DNA of 62,513 bases, counting the filler. It is 6 parts of 6 records of this genome, joined end to end, with 100 filler letters (N's around TTAATTAATTAA, not from the genome) between each part and the next. Parts side by side here need not be neighbours in the genome. Positions count along the whole stretch, not along the records: positions 45,159 to 53,063 come from SRR31156797_3543; positions 53,164 to 62,513 come from SRR31156797_3550; 4 more parts are not named here. One strand, given 5' to 3'. The notes beneath the pieces were generated by a model. That model made no database searches and was not told where the DNA came from. It worked only from the letters and a program-made list of their open reading frames with translations. Made by a program: the position numbers and the translations under genes. Below, piece by piece: positions 50,138 through 60,687 of this stretch (positions are counted from its first letter, which is position 1; each line of letters starts with the position of its first letter).

Positions 50138-51155
50138 TCAAACCTTCCTGACTCTCGACAACCTGACGCTGGCCTACGGCAAGACGGTCGCCGTCAAGGA
50201 TCTCGACCTGCACATCCACAAGGGCGAGCTGCTGGCCCTGCTCGGACCGTCCGGCTGCGGCAAGACGACGACCATGCGGGCCATCGCCGGCCTGCTGGCG
50301 CCGGCCGCCGGCCGCATCCGCCTCGACGGAGCCGACATCACCCGCGTCGCCGCCAACAAGCGCGCCGTCGGCATGGTCTTCCAGTCCTACGCCCTGTTCC
50401 CGCATTTGTCGGTGTTCGAGAACGTCGCCTTCGGCCTGAAACTCCAAGGCATGCGCGGCGCGGCGCTTGACGCCAAGGTCGAGGCCGGGCTGAAATCGGC
50501 AGACTTGGCGGGTTTCAGCACCCGCAAGCCGCCGGAGCTTTCGGGCGGCCAGCAACAGCGTGTGGCGCTGGTCCGCTCGATGGTGATGGAACCCAAGGTG
50601 CTGCTGCTCGACGAACCGCTCAGCAATCTCGACGCCCGACTGCGTCTTGAAATGCGTACCGAGCTGCAGCGGGTCCAGAAGGAAAGCGGCGTGACCATGA
50701 TCTTCGTCACCCACGACCAGGTCGAGGCGCTGGCCCTGGCCGACCGGATCGTCGTCATGAAGGACGGTGAGATCGAACAGATCGGCACGCCGGAGGAGAT
50801 CTATAACCATCCGGTCTCCCGCTTCGTTGCCGATTTCGTCGGCTTCGAGAACATTTTCGAGGTCCGCGACGGCCGGTTCGTCGGCGAACAAGGCGAAATA
50901 CCGGCCCCCGGCGAACTCCCCAAAACGGCGGGCCTGGCCTGGCGGCCCCACATGCTGGCCCTCGGCTCGGGACCTTTCCGCGGCACCGTGCGCGGCATTT
51001 CCTTCGCAGGCAGCACCCGCGAATACGTTCTCGACACGTCGTTCGGCAGCCTCAAGGCGGAGGTCGACGCGGCCCTGCCGAGCCATGCACTGGGCGCCGA
51101 AATCGCCTTCGATCTGCCGGTCGACAGGGCGGCGCGACTCGGACGTTTCGGGTGA
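50130..51155 (+). CDS. ABC transporter ATP-binding protein (PotA-like)
   Basis: GPSGCGKT, FQSYALFPH, LSGGQQQR, LLLDEP and VTHDQ motifs. Confidence 0.95.
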   Translation: MSDQTFLTLDNLTLAYGKTVAVKDLDLHIHKGELLALLGPSGCGKTTTMRAIAGLLAPAAGRIRLDGADITRVAANKRAVGMVFQSYALFPHLSVFENVAFGLKLQGMRGAALDAKVEAGLKSADLAGFSTRKPPELSGGQQQRVALVRSMVMEPKVLLLDEPLSNLDARLRLEMRTELQRVQKESGVTMIFVTHDQVEALALADRIVVMKDGEIEQIGTPEEIYNHPVSRFVADFVGFENIFEVRDGRFVGEQGEIPAPGELPKTAGLAWRPHMLALGSGPFRGTVRGISFAGSTREYVLDTSFGSLKAEVDAALPSHALGAEIAFDLPVDRAARLGRFG

Positions 51156-51160
51156 TCCCC

Positions 51161-52084
51161 ATGGGAGTCTGGATCGACACCGACATGGGCTTCGACGACA
51201 TTGCCGCCATCCTGACGGTCGATCATGGCGGATTTCCCATCGACGGCGTTTCGCTGGTCTTCGGCTGCAGCCCGCTTGAACAGGTGCGCCGCAACGCGGC
51301 GGCGGCGAGGCGGGTTTTCGGATGGTCCTTTCCCTTCTCCATCGGCCGCGACAGGTCGGTCCTCGGACAGATCGAGACGGCGCAGTCGATCCTCGGCGAT
51401 ACCGGCATTCCGACCCTCGGCCGCGGCCTTCCGGCCTGCGACCCGGAACCGGGCGAGGCCGCCTTCGAGGCGCTCGTCGACTGGCTCGAAACGGCTGCCG
51501 CGCCGCGCCGCATCCTGGCGCTCGGGCCGCTGACCAACATCGCCGCCCTGGTGTTGGCCCGACCCGACCTAGCCGTCCGTATCGACGACCTGACCTGGAT
51601 GGGCGGCGGCGCCACCACCGGCAACCACACCGCGGCCGCCGAGTTCAACGCCTATGCCGATCCCGAAGCGGTCGCCGTCGTTCTCGCCCACGGCGTGGCG
51701 CTGCGCATGGTCGATCTCGATTTCTGCCGAAAGATCCTGTGCCGGCCGGACGACGCCGAGCATCTGCGCGGTCTCGGCGGCGACAATGCCGAGTTGCTGG
51801 CCGATCTGTTCGGCGGCTTCATCGCCATCGCCACCAGCCGCGGCCGCCCGGCCATGGCCTTCTACGATCCCGCCGCCGCGGCGGCCTTCACCCGTCCCGA
51901 TCTGGCAACTTTCCGGCCGGTCACCATCACGATGGAACTGGCCGATGTGCGCGACCGCGGCCGCACCGTGGTCGAGACGCGGCCGGGCCAGGCCGCCGTC
52001 AACGCCGAACTGGCGATCGACGCCGAGCGGGAGCAACTGAAGGCGGTCATCCTGGACGCCCTGGCGGCGGAGGCGGCGCGATGA
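51161..52084 (+). CDS. Nucleoside hydrolase (IU-NH family)
   Basis: DTDMGFDD, LGPLTN, MGG, AEFN..ADPEA and YDP motifs. Confidence 0.92.
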   Translation: MGVWIDTDMGFDDIAAILTVDHGGFPIDGVSLVFGCSPLEQVRRNAAAARRVFGWSFPFSIGRDRSVLGQIETAQSILGDTGIPTLGRGLPACDPEPGEAAFEALVDWLETAAAPRRILALGPLTNIAALVLARPDLAVRIDDLTWMGGGATTGNHTAAAEFNAYADPEAVAVVLAHGVALRMVDLDFCRKILCRPDDAEHLRGLGGDNAELLADLFGGFIAIATSRGRPAMAFYDPAAAAAFTRPDLATFRPVTITMELADVRDRGRTVVETRPGQAAVNAELAIDAEREQLKAVILDALAAEAAR

Positions 52085-53063
52085 ACGCCGCCATCGAACC
52101 GGCCGACCTCAACCGCGACGACCTGCGCGGCCGTGCCGTCGCTGCCGCCCGCGGCGACGCGCCGTTCGACATCCTGATCAGCGGCGGCACTGTGGTCGAC
52201 ATGGTGACCGGCGAATCGCGATGCGCCGACATCGGCCTGTGCGGCCCCCTGATAGCCAGCGTTCACGCGCCGGGCACGCGCGGCGACGCGGCGGAAATCG
52301 TCGATGCCAGCGACCGCTTCGTCTCGCCGGGTCTGATCGACATCCACATGCATGTCGAAAGCTCGCTGGTGGCGCCGGCCGTCTATGCCGGTGCCGTGAT
52401 GCGGCGCGGCGTCACGACCATCGTCTGGGACCCGCACGAACTCGGCAACGTGCTCGGCCTCGACGGTGTGGCGTGGGCGGTCGATGCGGTCCGTGACCTG
52501 CCGCTGCGGGTGGTCCTGCTGGCACCTTCCTGCGTTCCCTCGGCGCCGGGACTGGAACTGGCCGGGGCCGATCTCGACGCCGAGGCGATTGCCGAAATGC
52601 TCTCCTGGCCGCAGGTCGGCGGCATCGCCGAAATGATGGACATGCGCGGCGTGATCGACCGGGCCCCGCGCACCAGCGCCATCATGCAGGCCGGCCTGGA
52701 TTCGGGAAAGCCGGTCTTCGGCCATGCCCGCAGCCTGTCGGGCAGCGGTCTTGCCGCCTTCGTGGCGGCCGGTGTCAGTTCCGACCACGAACTGGTCTCC
52801 GCCGACGATCTGATGGACAAGCTGCGCGCCGGGCTGGCCATCGAGCTGCGCGGCTCCCACGATCACCTGCTGCCGGAATTCGTCGCGGCGCTGAACGCGC
52901 TCGGCCATTTGCCGCAGACCGTGACGCTGTGTTCCGACGACGTGTTTCCCGACGATCTCGCCTCGGACGGCGGCGTCGACGATGTCGTGCGCCGCCTGGT
53001 GCGCTACGGATTGCGACCGGAATGGGCGCTGCGTGCCGCCACCCTCAATGCCGCGCAGCGCCT
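52081..53063 (+). CDS. ade: Adenine deaminase (AdeC type), 3' truncated
   Basis: PGLIDIHMHVESS, DPHE, PSCVP, GH, SDHE and CSDD motifs. Confidence 0.92.
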
Positions 53064-53163
53064 NNNNNNNNNNNNNNNNNNNNNNNNNNNNNNNNNNNNN
53101 NNNNNNNTTAATTAATTAANNNNNNNNNNNNNNNNNNNNNNNNNNNNNNNNNNNNNNNNNNNN
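53064..53163. other. Artificial contig linker
   Basis: N-run + TTAATTAATTAA + N-run. Confidence 0.98.
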
Positions 53164-53223
53164 CCCAACATTTCTGGTATCGGGAACCTGCTTGGCAAGA
53201 ACAACAATTTTTAAACCTTTCAT
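53164..53223 (-). CDS. etfB: Electron transfer flavoprotein beta subunit, first 20 codons only
   Basis: Own translation MKGLKIVVLAKQVPDTRNVG (KQVPD motif); minus-strand TATATTTG promoter element at 53382-53389. Confidence 0.8.
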
Positions 53224-53680
53224 TCTATATGTATTTTATCATCAGTTTTTGATGTTGAAGCTAATTAAAGAAATTATCGCAAGTGATAATACATCCACCT
53301 TAGAATCAACTAATCACTAATTATTATTTTTTATTCAGGTTTGCTCATCATTCAATTGAATTCATTAAAATCAGAGCTTAGCAAATATAAAGATTAGAGT
53401 ACTTAAAACAAATCTAGATAGTGAGCGTTCGATCCTAAGAAAATGGCAACAAAACAAATCATCTATCCAGCTGTTTTAATGAAACTTAAGCAAAGATACA
53501 TCAATTTATTTTGTTTATTCATATTCAACAAATAGAAAGCTGTTTAGCCACACAAACGGTCAATTATAAACCGGAAAAATTCATTTACCAACACTTATTT
53601 CTCTACACAAGTGATTAAGTAATACAATTAAGAGATCAGATCAAATAAAGAGATTACCTATATAATAAAAACAAATTCCT

Positions 53681-53688
53681 TAATTTTG
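53681..53688 (+). promoter_or_regulatory. Bacteroidota -7 promoter element for cstA
   Basis: TAATTTTG 25 bp before ATG 53714. Confidence 0.5.
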
Positions 53689-53713
53689 AGGTTTAATTTC
53701 TGATTTCGATTAT

Positions 53714-55189
53714 ATGATAACTTTTATAGGTGCAGTAATTGTCTTAATTCTGGGATACTTTATTTATGGGAAATTCATCGAAAGATTTTTTGGTGCAAAT
53801 AACAATATAAAAACTCCCGTTACACGCCTAGAGGATGGTGTTGATTTTATTCCCATGCCAACCTGGAAAATGTTCACCATTCAGTTTCTAAATATAGCTG
53901 GATTGGGTCCAATCTTTGGAGCTATTCTAGGTGCAATGTATGGTCCAATATCATACATATGGATCGTATTTGGATGCATTTTTATGGGAGCTGTTCACGA
54001 TTATTTCTCAGGAATGCTTTCTATTAGAAATGATGGTGCCAGTTTGCCTGAAATAGTAGGTAAGTATTTAGGAGTAATCGCCAAAGTTTTATTAGCTATT
54101 ATAACTTTCGGCTTGCTAATAATGGTAGGTGTTGCATTTGTTACAGGACCTGCCGGCTTACTGGAAGATTTAACTGGAGGTGGATTACATTATTGGTTGT
54201 TTGGTATCTTCGGATATTATCTAATTGCCACTCTTCTACCTATAAATAAAATAATAGGGAAGATTTATCCAATATTTGGTGCGGCCTTATTAATAATGGC
54301 TTTCAGTATTGCTGGCGTAATGATATTTAATAGTACCATAGGTAGTTTGCAATTGCATGAATTGTCAATTGATCAGTTCAAAAATATGCATGCTAGCCCT
54401 ACACAAAACATACTGTATCCAATGATGTTTATTGTGATTTCCTGTGGCGCCATATCAGGTTTTCATTCAACCCAATCTCCAATGATGGCTCGTTGCATGA
54501 AGAAAGAAACCTACGGTAGACCTGTTTTCTTTGGAGCAATGATAGCTGAAGGAATTGTTGCTATTATTTGGGCTACAGCGGCCATGAATTATTTTGGAAC
54601 TACCTCTGATTTAAATTCCATTGTTGCTTCAGGTCACAATCCTGCATGGATTGTTAATGAAATCTGCAACACATGGCTTGGTAAGGTAGGAGCTATTTTT
54701 GCAATAGTTGGCGTAATTGCTTGTCCTATTACAACTGGTGATACAGCCTTTAGAAGTGCCCGCTTAATGATAGCAGATTTATTTAAATTCGAACAAACTT
54801 CCTTAAAAAGCAGGTTACTTGTATCCATTCCTTTATTCGTAACAGGATTTATTCTTTCGCAGCTAAGCTTTGGAACGATTTGGAAATTTCTAGGCTTATT
54901 CAATCAGCTATTAGCAATGGTTATGCTTTGGACAGCTGCCATGTATTTGGTAGAACAAAAGAAAAATCATTGGTTTTTAAGTATTCCAGCGATTTTTATG
55001 ACTGCGATCTGCAGTACCTACTTTTTAGTTGCTCCAAACTCAAATGGAGGATTGGCAATAAACACTTCAATCGGATATACAATTGGAATTGGAATTTCAC
55101 TATTGGTATTTTCATGGTTTTTGTTTACAGCTAAACAGGTTGCCACTAAAAATAACAAGGAAATTACACCTAAGTATGAAATAAAATAA
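53714..55189 (+). CDS. cstA: Carbon starvation protein A family transporter
   Basis: DGVDF, NIAGLGPIFG, GAVHDY, CGAISGFHS and GDTAFR motifs. Confidence 0.95.
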   Translation: MITFIGAVIVLILGYFIYGKFIERFFGANNNIKTPVTRLEDGVDFIPMPTWKMFTIQFLNIAGLGPIFGAILGAMYGPISYIWIVFGCIFMGAVHDYFSGMLSIRNDGASLPEIVGKYLGVIAKVLLAIITFGLLIMVGVAFVTGPAGLLEDLTGGGLHYWLFGIFGYYLIATLLPINKIIGKIYPIFGAALLIMAFSIAGVMIFNSTIGSLQLHELSIDQFKNMHASPTQNILYPMMFIVISCGAISGFHSTQSPMMARCMKKETYGRPVFFGAMIAEGIVAIIWATAAMNYFGTTSDLNSIVASGHNPAWIVNEICNTWLGKVGAIFAIVGVIACPITTGDTAFRSARLMIADLFKFEQTSLKSRLLVSIPLFVTGFILSQLSFGTIWKFLGLFNQLLAMVMLWTAAMYLVEQKKNHWFLSIPAIFMTAICSTYFLVAPNSNGGLAINTSIGYTIGIGISLLVFSWFLFTAKQVATKNNKEITPKYEIK

Positions 55190-55198
55190 ATTCATTTT

Positions 55199-55663
55199 TT
55201 ACTTGTTCAGCACAAAATCAATCACATTAGTTTTTCCTGTATATATTCTGGCTTTTGATTTTACTAATCCATTAACATGCTGTTTACTGTCAATTATTAC
55301 GCCCTTCACATTGTAGTAGGCATGATATTTATTGACTTGTAATGTCGTGTCTATTTCTTGCAGAGTAGTATTAAATGTTAACTGATTATGTATATTAATG
55401 GTAATTTTTTGATTTGCCCGAATATATTTTATTTGGCTTTTGGATATTTCAATTGTGTAGTGAATTTTATTATTTTCAGAATATAATCTAGCTGGCATAT
55501 CAATAGTACGGTTAAACCTGAAAAGATATGCTCCGATTAATATCAAAAATACAACTATAAATATTACGCTAATACCTGCACGAATAATACGTGAAGGAAT
55601 TTGCCCAATAATATTACGAACTTTTTCGCTTCTGAGCTCTATAAGATTGTTTTGTTCTGACAT
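55199..55663 (-). CDS. Short HlyD-like adaptor (N-terminal motif + TM + beta domain, no long coiled coil)
   Basis: ELRSEKVRNIIGQIP..IIR.G N-terminus typical of Bacteroidota HlyD proteins; follows the C39 ABC exporter. Confidence 0.7.
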   Translation of the reverse strand: MSEQNNLIELRSEKVRNIIGQIPSRIIRAGISVIFIVVFLILIGAYLFRFNRTIDMPARLYSENNKIHYTIEISKSQIKYIRANQKITINIHNQLTFNTTLQEIDTTLQVNKYHAYYNVKGVIIDSKQHVNGLVKSKARIYTGKTNVIDFVLNK

Positions 55664-55759
55664 TGTTTTTACATTTTAAAAATACAAACCACACACGTTC
55701 AGTTAGTTATCGTAAATCGTAATTTATCTATGTCCATACGTTATATCTGTATTCTATCC

Positions 55760-57967
55760 TTAATTTCCCAGCTCCAGCTGATTCTTTACCAAATTGTAAT
55801 ATTTCCCTCTTAGAGCTGTTAATTCTTTATGAGTACCTTGTTCTGCTATTGTTCCGTTATCAAGAACAATTATTTGATCAGCATTTTTTACAGTACTTAA
55901 TCGGTGAGCAACCACAACAACGGTTTTTCCTTTATAAAATTCCTCTAAGTTTTCCAATATCGCTTTTTCGTTATTAGCATCCAATGCATTAGTAGCTTCG
56001 TCCAGAAATAAAAAGTCAGGATTTTTATAAACAGCACGAGCAATTAATATGCGTTGACGTTGTCCCTGACTTATCCCCTGCCCTTCCTGACCTATTTCTG
56101 TATTATAATTCAGTGGCATACTACTTACAAATTGATGTATACATGCCGTTTCAGCTGCTTGTTTTAGACGGTCGGTATTTACATCAGTATCTGAAGTAGT
56201 TATATTTTTAGCAATCGATTCTGAAAAAATGTATCCATCTTGCATTACTGCACCACACTGGCTACGCCACCATTCTGGATTAAATTTTTTCAATGGTTGA
56301 TTGCCAACCTGAATATTACCTTCTTGCGGTGAATAATATCCCAACAATAGTTTTACCAGAGTAGTTTTTCCACTTCCACTTGCTCCTACAATTGCAGTGG
56401 TTTTTCCATGCGGTATTTTAAGGTTAATATTCTGTAATACTTTTAAATTAAGTGCATTTTCGTAACCAAATGATACATTTTCTAGCTTTAAACTTTTATC
56501 AATAAAATTCTGTTGTGAAGAAATATTTTTTCCACTATCATCTTCATCTTGCTTTTGATGAATTTCATTCATACGATCCAAACTGATACTGACATCCTGC
56601 CATTGATAAATAAAATTCATAATCTGTTCCACAGGACTATTCAACTGACCGATAATATATTGAACCGAAAGCATCATCCCAAGTGTTAATTGACCATTTA
56701 TTACAGCTGCTGCTGCCAATATTGTAATGAGTATATTCTTACTTTCATTAATGAATATACTTCCTGCTTCCTGTGATTGCTGTAAAGTTAGAGATTGCAT
56801 ATTTACATCGAACAAATCAGCTTGCGTATCCTCCCATTCCCAACGCTTGCCCTGTTCATATCCTTGCAACTTTATTTCTTGCATTCCATTTATCAATTGG
56901 TAAGTTTTATTGCGATTGATGGCTTGCTGTTCAAACATCTTATAATCGAGAACTTTACGTTTTTTCAAAAAGAACATGATCCATATACCATATAGAATAC
57001 TACCTATAAGAAAAACAAGAAATATTTTTAAATTATATATAAGCAACACAATACCAAACACCAAAAAACTAAAAATCGAGAACAAAAGATTAAGAGTTTG
57101 TGCCGTAAGAAAGCTTTCTACTCTTCTATGGTCCTCTATACGCTGTAAAAGATCACCTAATAATTTCACATCAAAAAAACTCATAGGCAACTTCATCAAT
57201 TTGATAAAAAAATCCGAAATCAAAGAAACATTAATACGTGTACTAATGTGTAGTAAAATGCGTCTTCGGATAAAATCAATACTTGCCCTCCCTAACAACA
57301 ACATGAACTGAGCTATTAGAATTAACCAAATAAAAGCAATATCTTTATTTGCAATTCCATTATCAACAATAGCTTGCGTTAAGAAAGGAAATATCAACTG
57401 GATTAAACTACCTGTCAATAATCCAAAAATTAACTGCACAAACAAATTTTTGTAACGCATAAAGTATTTTGACAAAAATGTCAACTTAATACTTTTCTTA
57501 TCTTGAACTTCACTTTTTTTCTCAAAAAACTTTGGTGTAGATTCCAGCAAAAGAACAATTCCTTTTTCCTCGTTGTTTGTGCTAGTACTTATCCAATTCT
57601 TAGCCAACTCTTCTTGATTGTATTTTAATAAACCTTTCCCTGGATCAGCCACATGATAAAATAATTGCTTTTTCTTTTTAGTTACTTTGTGCAACACAAC
57701 AAAATGATTCTGATTCCAATGCAATATACAAGGTAGTGATGCCTGTTTTGCTAGTTTTTCAATAGTAAAACGCCCTCCTAAAGTTTTAAAGCCTAAATTT
57801 TCAGCAGCTTTACTTATACCTAAAAGAGATACGCCTACTTTACCAATAAATGCGCCTTGTCTTAAACTCTCCAACGAATATTTACGTCCATGCCAACCTG
57901 CTATCATGCTTAAACAAGCAGGTCCACAATCCATTGCATCGGGCTGTTTTATAAACCATTTTTTCAT
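55760..57967 (-). CDS. Peptidase C39-containing ABC transporter (PCAT)
   Basis: QPDAMDCGPACL, HW..NHFVV, ADP; TMD; GASGSGKT, SQGQRQR, DEATNALD. Confidence 0.96.
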   Translation of the reverse strand: MKKWFIKQPDAMDCGPACLSMIAGWHGRKYSLESLRQGAFIGKVGVSLLGISKAAENLGFKTLGGRFTIEKLAKQASLPCILHWNQNHFVVLHKVTKKKKQLFYHVADPGKGLLKYNQEELAKNWISTSTNNEEKGIVLLLESTPKFFEKKSEVQDKKSIKLTFLSKYFMRYKNLFVQLIFGLLTGSLIQLIFPFLTQAIVDNGIANKDIAFIWLILIAQFMLLLGRASIDFIRRRILLHISTRINVSLISDFFIKLMKLPMSFFDVKLLGDLLQRIEDHRRVESFLTAQTLNLLFSIFSFLVFGIVLLIYNLKIFLVFLIGSILYGIWIMFFLKKRKVLDYKMFEQQAINRNKTYQLINGMQEIKLQGYEQGKRWEWEDTQADLFDVNMQSLTLQQSQEAGSIFINESKNILITILAAAAVINGQLTLGMMLSVQYIIGQLNSPVEQIMNFIYQWQDVSISLDRMNEIHQKQDEDDSGKNISSQQNFIDKSLKLENVSFGYENALNLKVLQNINLKIPHGKTTAIVGASGSGKTTLVKLLLGYYSPQEGNIQVGNQPLKKFNPEWWRSQCGAVMQDGYIFSESIAKNITTSDTDVNTDRLKQAAETACIHQFVSSMPLNYNTEIGQEGQGISQGQRQRILIARAVYKNPDFLFLDEATNALDANNEKAILENLEEFYKGKTVVVVAHRLSTVKNADQIIVLDNGTIAEQGTHKELTALRGKYYNLVKNQLELGN

Positions 57968-58064
57968 ATGCCTATAATTTCTTTTTATTTGTAAAACGGA
58001 AGCCATAAGTTCAAAACAAACATTGTCATGTGCGCTTAATCATGTCCATTTCATGTGGTTTAAT

Positions 58065-60683
58065 TTAGAATCTAAAAAAAACGCTTGCCATTAGGGTACG
58101 AGGTCGAATATCGTATTCTTTATCTACCCTGGTTAATGCATCATATATTGTGTAAGTGTATTTTTTTTGATCAAAAATGTTTTTAGCCGCAAAATTCAAC
58201 TCCCATCTGTTATTTATACTATATGTAAATTCAGCATCGGCAAGAAATAGGTGTTTTGAAGTCGTACTTGACAGTCTGTTATTATAGTGTTCTCCCAATA
58301 ATTGAAAATACCATTTGTTTTTATAGGCAAAATTTCCTGACAATACCTGAGAAAACATTTCTGAAGACGAATGAGTTCCGGTACTACTTGCTGACAAGCT
58401 TTCTTTCATATATTTCATTTCATAAGAAACATTCAACCAGGAAAACATTCTCAATTTCACTTTAGGTTTTACATCCCATCTTTGAGATGAATAAGGTGTT
58501 TCAATATCATTTTGAAAAGTAGTCCCATGAAAATCCATGTACGAACCACTTATGGTTAAAATATTATGAGGATTACTTAAGCCTTTGCTTATTTGTCCGT
58601 TTACCATCCACACTTTAGAAGTACTCTTCTGAGGAATAAAACCATTTATAATAAATTCGTCAACAAAAGATCGTTCTGAAATACGCCAGGATGTATTCCA
58701 CAAACGAATTACACTTGCATTCGCAAAAAAGGCTTTTAAGGGTACTTTGTAATGCGTACTCAACATCAAAGACTTTCGAAATCCTGTATCGAAATTAACG
58801 ATCCCACGAGACAAGTTTCGATAATTTTGAAGTAACACCCCATTATAAAACTGCTGCTCTTCTATAGGTTTTTGAGCCAAACTACCAGAAAGCGAAGCTG
58901 ATAAACGAGAGGTAAAATGATAACGAATATACAATCGTGGTGCTACAAAGAATTTGGAAACGGATTTCTTTTCATCCAATATATAATCGCGATACCAGTA
59001 AGGAGAAAATGAAAAAGGAACATTAAACTTAGCTTCGAACCCTTCATTTTTATATTCCAGCTCTGGTCCAATAAAACTTGTCAGGTTATGTACGTACAAA
59101 TCATTTTCGACTTGCCCAAATGTATCAGGAATCCCTGTTAACTTACTGTCCATTTTTCGAATTAAACCTAAAACCCCCATTTTCATAGATAGAGTAAACG
59201 GTTTTAAATAAAATGCCAAGGACGTATTTGTATTGGTATAAAATGCTGTCGAATTAATTTCCTGACGATCTTTATCATTTCCATTTACAACATCCAAATC
59301 CTGATGTTTTACCTGATAGGAATTATAGGAATTTAATGTGTATGCTCTATTCCCTGAACGTTTAATCAACTCGAAATCATTTGAAAACGAACGATAAGGA
59401 GTTGATGCTAACTGATTGTTTGAATATGTACCACTAATTAACATATCCATATCATCCCAATAGAAATCGGCTTTTAGATTATTTTTTATATAGTAGGTAG
59501 GTGTGTTGGCATTAATAATTACATTACCTGATAAATGATTTTGATGTGAAACAGACGACTCTCCTTCTTCCTCTACAATTGTTGAATCGGTTAAGAAGTA
59601 ATTCGCAACCGAATGGCTATTAGATTCTAGCCTATTGTTTGTATAAGTTATTTGAGATGTTAAATCGCCATTCTTTCCGAGACTCCAGAGGTTATTTGTA
59701 CTGAATAAATGTGATTCATTAAATCGTGCACGATAGGCATCAATGTCACTCAAATAATCTGGCTCTACTTCCAAATAGTCTTCTAGATCGTACGTTTTTG
59801 AGTAGCCAATACCTATGTTATCAACCAAAAATGAATTCGTTTCTTGCACAATATTGCTTCCTATATTATTCGTTTTATAGGTGTTTAGAGTTTGCATTTT
59901 TGATGTAAATCTCATGCCCACAAGCTCTGTATTCCACAAAAAAGGGTCAACTCCTTCACCCACACCTATATTTGCAGTACCTACCCATCGTGCTTTAGCA
60001 TCTTCTTTAAGTCGGATATTTATAGCAGGATTTTGAGAAAAGGAAATGTCTTCTAATGCCTTAATAGGTTGATGATTTTCCATTACTTCCACACTTCCTA
60101 CATCCTGATGGTGAACATTATTGGTTGCCAATCCGTAACGTCCTCCCAGTAAATCTTTTCCTTCAATGTAAAACTTATTTATTTCTACACCATTGTACTT
60201 TATCTTTCCGCTTTCTTCAATCTCAATTCCCGGCATTTTTTTAAGTACATCTGCCAGCGATTTATCTTCTACCCCTGCAAAACTTGAAGTCACATAAGTA
60301 ATCGTATCTCCTTTTTCATGAATTCCAGGAGCTTTAACTATCACCTCTTTAATTGTAGTAGCCTTCTCTACCATATACACATCATAAATTTGCTGTTCTT
60401 TGTTCAATTCAACAGCTTGCGATGCATAACTCAAAATTGAAAAATACAACTTATGCTTTACTAAGAAATTTGATAACTTAATCTCATACTTACCATTTGG
60501 ATCTGTTTGAGTGAATTTTACCACCTTATTTTCCGAAGAACGAACCGTTACCAAAACATGAGACAATGGAGCTTGTGTAATCTTATCAGCAACTCTTCCT
60601 GTTACAACAAATTCTTGTGCTTTAAGATGTGTAATAGTAAAAATTAATAGTAAGGCACAACAATATTTTAATAGAATCCTCAT
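58065..60683 (-). CDS. TonB-dependent-receptor-like outer-membrane barrel with carboxypeptidase-regulatory-like N-domain
   Basis: Signal peptide; GDTITY, LKKMPGI, IEGKD, INIRLK motifs; C-terminal Phe. Confidence 0.82.
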   Translation of the reverse strand: MRILLKYCCALLLIFTITHLKAQEFVVTGRVADKITQAPLSHVLVTVRSSENKVVKFTQTDPNGKYEIKLSNFLVKHKLYFSILSYASQAVELNKEQQIYDVYMVEKATTIKEVIVKAPGIHEKGDTITYVTSSFAGVEDKSLADVLKKMPGIEIEESGKIKYNGVEINKFYIEGKDLLGGRYGLATNNVHHQDVGSVEVMENHQPIKALEDISFSQNPAINIRLKEDAKARWVGTANIGVGEGVDPFLWNTELVGMRFTSKMQTLNTYKTNNIGSNIVQETNSFLVDNIGIGYSKTYDLEDYLEVEPDYLSDIDAYRARFNESHLFSTNNLWSLGKNGDLTSQITYTNNRLESNSHSVANYFLTDSTIVEEEGESSVSHQNHLSGNVIINANTPTYYIKNNLKADFYWDDMDMLISGTYSNNQLASTPYRSFSNDFELIKRSGNRAYTLNSYNSYQVKHQDLDVVNGNDKDRQEINSTAFYTNTNTSLAFYLKPFTLSMKMGVLGLIRKMDSKLTGIPDTFGQVENDLYVHNLTSFIGPELEYKNEGFEAKFNVPFSFSPYWYRDYILDEKKSVSKFFVAPRLYIRYHFTSRLSASLSGSLAQKPIEEQQFYNGVLLQNYRNLSRGIVNFDTGFRKSLMLSTHYKVPLKAFFANASVIRLWNTSWRISERSFVDEFIINGFIPQKSTSKVWMVNGQISKGLSNPHNILTISGSYMDFHGTTFQNDIETPYSSQRWDVKPKVKLRMFSWLNVSYEMKYMKESLSASSTGTHSSSEMFSQVLSGNFAYKNKWYFQLLGEHYNNRLSSTTSKHLFLADAEFTYSINNRWELNFAAKNIFDQKKYTYTIYDALTRVDKEYDIRPRTLMASVFFRF

Positions 60684-60687
60684 AATT

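Noticed and set aside
55664-58064. Precursor peptide ORF in the spacers next to the PCAT gene
   Set aside because: The spacers are under 100 bp and contain no ORF with a double-glycine leader
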